Virus record (IMG/VR): IMGVR_UViG_3300031520_000196
Coordinates: 1-38,973 of that record
Length of the DNA stretch: 38,973 nt
DNA from: a virus
Lineage: Duplodnaviria; Caudoviricetes
Reading direction: 5' to 3' (one strand)
Shown: positions 36,892 through 38,973 of the stretch, piece after piece
Position numbering within the stretch: position 1 is the first letter of the stretch
How the letters are laid out: each line of letters opens with the position of its first letter
Notes under the pieces: generated by a model
Told to the model about the DNA's origin: nothing
Seen by the model: the letters and a program-made list of their open reading frames with translations, nothing else
Databases searched by the model: none
Position numbers and translations under genes: made by a program

Positions 36892-37143
36892 GGGCGACTA
36901 GAGCCAACTGAGGGGGATTGCAGAACTGGAAAATCTTGGTCCCCTTGGTTGGCTCGACTCATTTCTACAGTGCTCTTCTCTTCGTCCAGTCCCCGCACTA
37001 CATTCCTAAATGTGTGTACTTCCGTCTGCTTGCTTACGTACTAATAAGTAGGAGTACACTAGCCACTCGGCTTGTATCGTCCTTTGTGATGTGCAAGCGT
37101 CTTGATGTTCCCGCATGTTTGTCGCTTGCGCCCACGTTTTGTA

Positions 37144-37728
37144 TTAGTCCTCCTCGCCAACTGGGTACAATACTCCACCTGATAGCTCCTGTACCTGCTC
37201 TGTGCTCAAGAACACTGTGTCGTCAGAACTGCTCTGTTCATCGTCCCTATACTTCTCCTTCATCCTCACAAGGTTGCACTGCTCGCATATGGGCAGAATC
37301 ACAAACGCGCCTGACCTACTCAAGTCCTCGGTCATATGCACACGCCTGGCTCTGCTGCCGCAATCCTTCTTCGAGCAATAGAGACCGACCTTGCTCAGCA
37401 AGGTTGGTACGCTGTTCAAAAGCAACAACTCTTCCGCATTGGCTTGCTGGCGTTCGTATGCAGCGCTGGCAGCATGGAGGCCAGCCCAGATTACGTCTGG
37501 CTCCTCTGAGCCGTGATAGGCACGCCAATATGCCGTTGCGCTGATCTGGTAGATCGTACTGGTCTCTCTCCCTTTGAGCGTGACTGCCCCAGGTGCCACG
37601 CTCTCTATGGCTACAGCCTCGGCGCTCTCGCGGCTGTAGCCTTCTAAGGCGATCAAGAGTGCTGCTCCTTCCTGGTAGATGGTGATCGGCACGTTCATGC
37701 TGATCTCGTTTGTTTGAGTGGTTCTCAT
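37144..37728 (-). CDS. Hypothetical protein with Cys cluster
   Basis: CSKKDC...ICEQC. Confidence 0.65.
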   Translation of the reverse strand: MRTTQTNEISMNVPITIYQEGAALLIALEGYSRESAEAVAIESVAPGAVTLKGRETSTIYQISATAYWRAYHGSEEPDVIWAGLHAASAAYERQQANAEELLLLNSVPTLLSKVGLYCSKKDCGSRARRVHMTEDLSRSGAFVILPICEQCNLVRMKEKYRDDEQSSSDDTVFLSTEQVQELSGGVLYPVGEED

Positions 37729-38195
37729 AATCCAAAATCCTTTCTAACCGCTCCTTCGAGCGTATCAATCAACGTTATAATGTCATCCTCTAGCACCTGG
37801 TCCGCTTCATACGCGTCATCCGTCGGCGTATGTGTGCCTCGCGCTGCTCTCCTGCCGAGGTAGTCCCTTTCGCGCTTCTGCTTTGCCAGCAACCTCGCCC
37901 GAATATCGGCGATCATTGCCAGCGCCTCCTCCGGCGTCATGTCCTCAATCTGCTTCCGTTGCGCCTTGGGGACATACACCGGCACCATGCGTGATGCTGG
38001 CCGTGCGGGTGGCGATGGCATCTTTTGTTGTCTTGCTGGCATGGGCTGGTGCAGATTAACCGTCGTAGTATTGGGTGGACAGACTGCGCACTTGCTTCTT
38101 GCGGTCTTCGGCGTATGCAAGTAGCACAACCTCGCATTACACTTGCCGCACTTGCCTCGGCATGGCTGCCTGCATACTGCGCACGTCGCCGCCAT
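37725..38195 (-). CDS. Cys-rich zinc-finger protein
   Basis: CAVC..C..KCGKC...LCYLH...CAVC, then a Pro-rich linker and helical C-terminus. Confidence 0.65.
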   Translation of the reverse strand: MAATCAVCRQPCRGKCGKCNARLCYLHTPKTARSKCAVCPPNTTTVNLHQPMPARQQKMPSPPARPASRMVPVYVPKAQRKQIEDMTPEEALAMIADIRARLLAKQKRERDYLGRRAARGTHTPTDDAYEADQVLEDDIITLIDTLEGAVRKDFGL

Positions 38196-38196
38196 A

Positions 38197-38748
38197 CTAC
38201 TGCCTACCCTGCTGCAAGAATGCACGCATGCCACGTGGCTGCATCGCTCTGACCACTGCATCAGAAAGATCGCGACTGCGCCAACCTGCAATGAATGCTT
38301 GTGCCATCATGCCATCAACGGGAACATCGTCCTGGAAGAGGACCAATTGGCCTGGTCTGCCTTTGCCCGTGCGCATCACTGTGTAGAGTGTGGCGTGCTG
38401 GCTGAATGGTGCTACTGCTTCCACAATGAGGAACATCGCGCATTCTCTAGATGGCACGTTACCAGGTGGCTTCATGCCAGGATTGGGGTTGCTCTGCCCC
38501 GACGTTAGCCATACCTCTGAGACAAAGCAGATTTCTTGCAACGCTTTGTCGGCATACTCTGGCTTATGCCCAACCTCGCGACCGAGCACAAAAAGCTGAT
38601 GTGCTTTTGTGCGACCATCGCCGATAAAATTGAACAGCGGAAATTCCTTCACGGTGCTCTCTGAGAACTCGGCATAGACGGTCGGTCGCACCTGACCATT
38701 TTGAACCATGCTCCTCATGGCGCGATCAACTAGTTCGTGAATGTTCAT
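38197..38748 (-). CDS. Hypothetical protein
   Basis: RBS AGGAGG; 183 aa alpha/beta pattern. Confidence 0.7.
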   Translation of the reverse strand: MNIHELVDRAMRSMVQNGQVRPTVYAEFSESTVKEFPLFNFIGDGRTKAHQLFVLGREVGHKPEYADKALQEICFVSEVWLTSGQSNPNPGMKPPGNVPSRECAMFLIVEAVAPFSQHATLYTVMRTGKGRPGQLVLFQDDVPVDGMMAQAFIAGWRSRDLSDAVVRAMQPRGMRAFLQQGRQ

Positions 38749-38763
38749 TACTTGCCTCCTGTT

Positions 38764-38973
38764 TCATCTCGAACTGTACTCTTGCCAGAACGCATCGTTA
38801 TAGACTCGATACATCTCTGGATAATCCAGAGTAAAGCTCTCTAGCAACGATTCCACAATGCGTTCCCCTGCTCGCACAAGCGCACTCTGTACCTCTTCCT
38901 CGCCCATTTGCTTCTCTGCCATACGTGCAAGCTGTGCATGCGCCTGTGCAACCTGGATGATCTGTTCTTTCAT
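38764..38973 (-). CDS. Small helical protein, paralog of 32485..32703
   Basis: MKEQIIQVAQAHA...FWQEY. Confidence 0.7.
   Translation of the reverse strand: MKEQIIQVAQAHAQLARMAEKQMGEEEVQSALVRAGERIVESLLESFTLDYPEMYRVYNDAFWQEYSSR

Larger units (their letters stand above)
1..38973. mobile_element. Prophage-like element (HK97-type head genes, tyrosine recombinase, replication genes); ends not visible
   Basis: Terminase, portal, capsid, holin, lysin, recombinase and many small co-oriented ORFs; no housekeeping genes; no att repeats identified. Confidence 0.9.

Noticed and set aside
1-38973. attL/attR, tRNA, rRNA or CRISPR array
   Set aside because: None detected by eye; the element ends probably lie outside the window.

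Overview
A prophage-like element of about 39 kb, almost all on the minus strand. The host is probably a Chloroflexota/Ktedonobacteria-type bacterium (inference from gene style only). From right to left it carries: early/replication genes (Zn-finger proteins, HTH proteins, probable replication initiator, DnaQ-like exonuclease); a plus-strand two-gene insert with an HEPN-like protein; a XerD-like tyrosine recombinase and a GIY-YIG nuclease heading a long morphogenesis operon; an Acb2/Tad1-like sponge gene; a probable type I toxin-antitoxin locus; a decayed TGT/DpdA-like + SLOG pair; a 1 kb structured non-coding region; and a SWIM-finger gene. The morphogenesis operon holds portal, protease-scaffold-major capsid fusion, tailspike, glycoside hydrolase-BACON protein, BppU-like and hub-like proteins, C39-like lysin, holin, minor head protein and, last, large terminase. 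No tape measure, tail tube or sheath is recognisable. A 2878 bp ISL3 element (25 bp perfect IRs, 8 bp target duplication, nonsense-interrupted transposase) carries a lactonase-like passenger gene. The most striking unexplained signal is a family of eight dispersed ~45-55 nt three-way-junction motifs (P1-TGA-P2-TA/GA-P3-GTT-P1'). They have covarying stems and DNA-type GNA/GNNA loops, sit mostly at module boundaries, and one lies directly behind the recombinase. An array of YGCC-N9-GGCR boxes at 13.35-13.76 kb is a second unexplained signal. All product calls come from motif recognition by eye; no searches were run.
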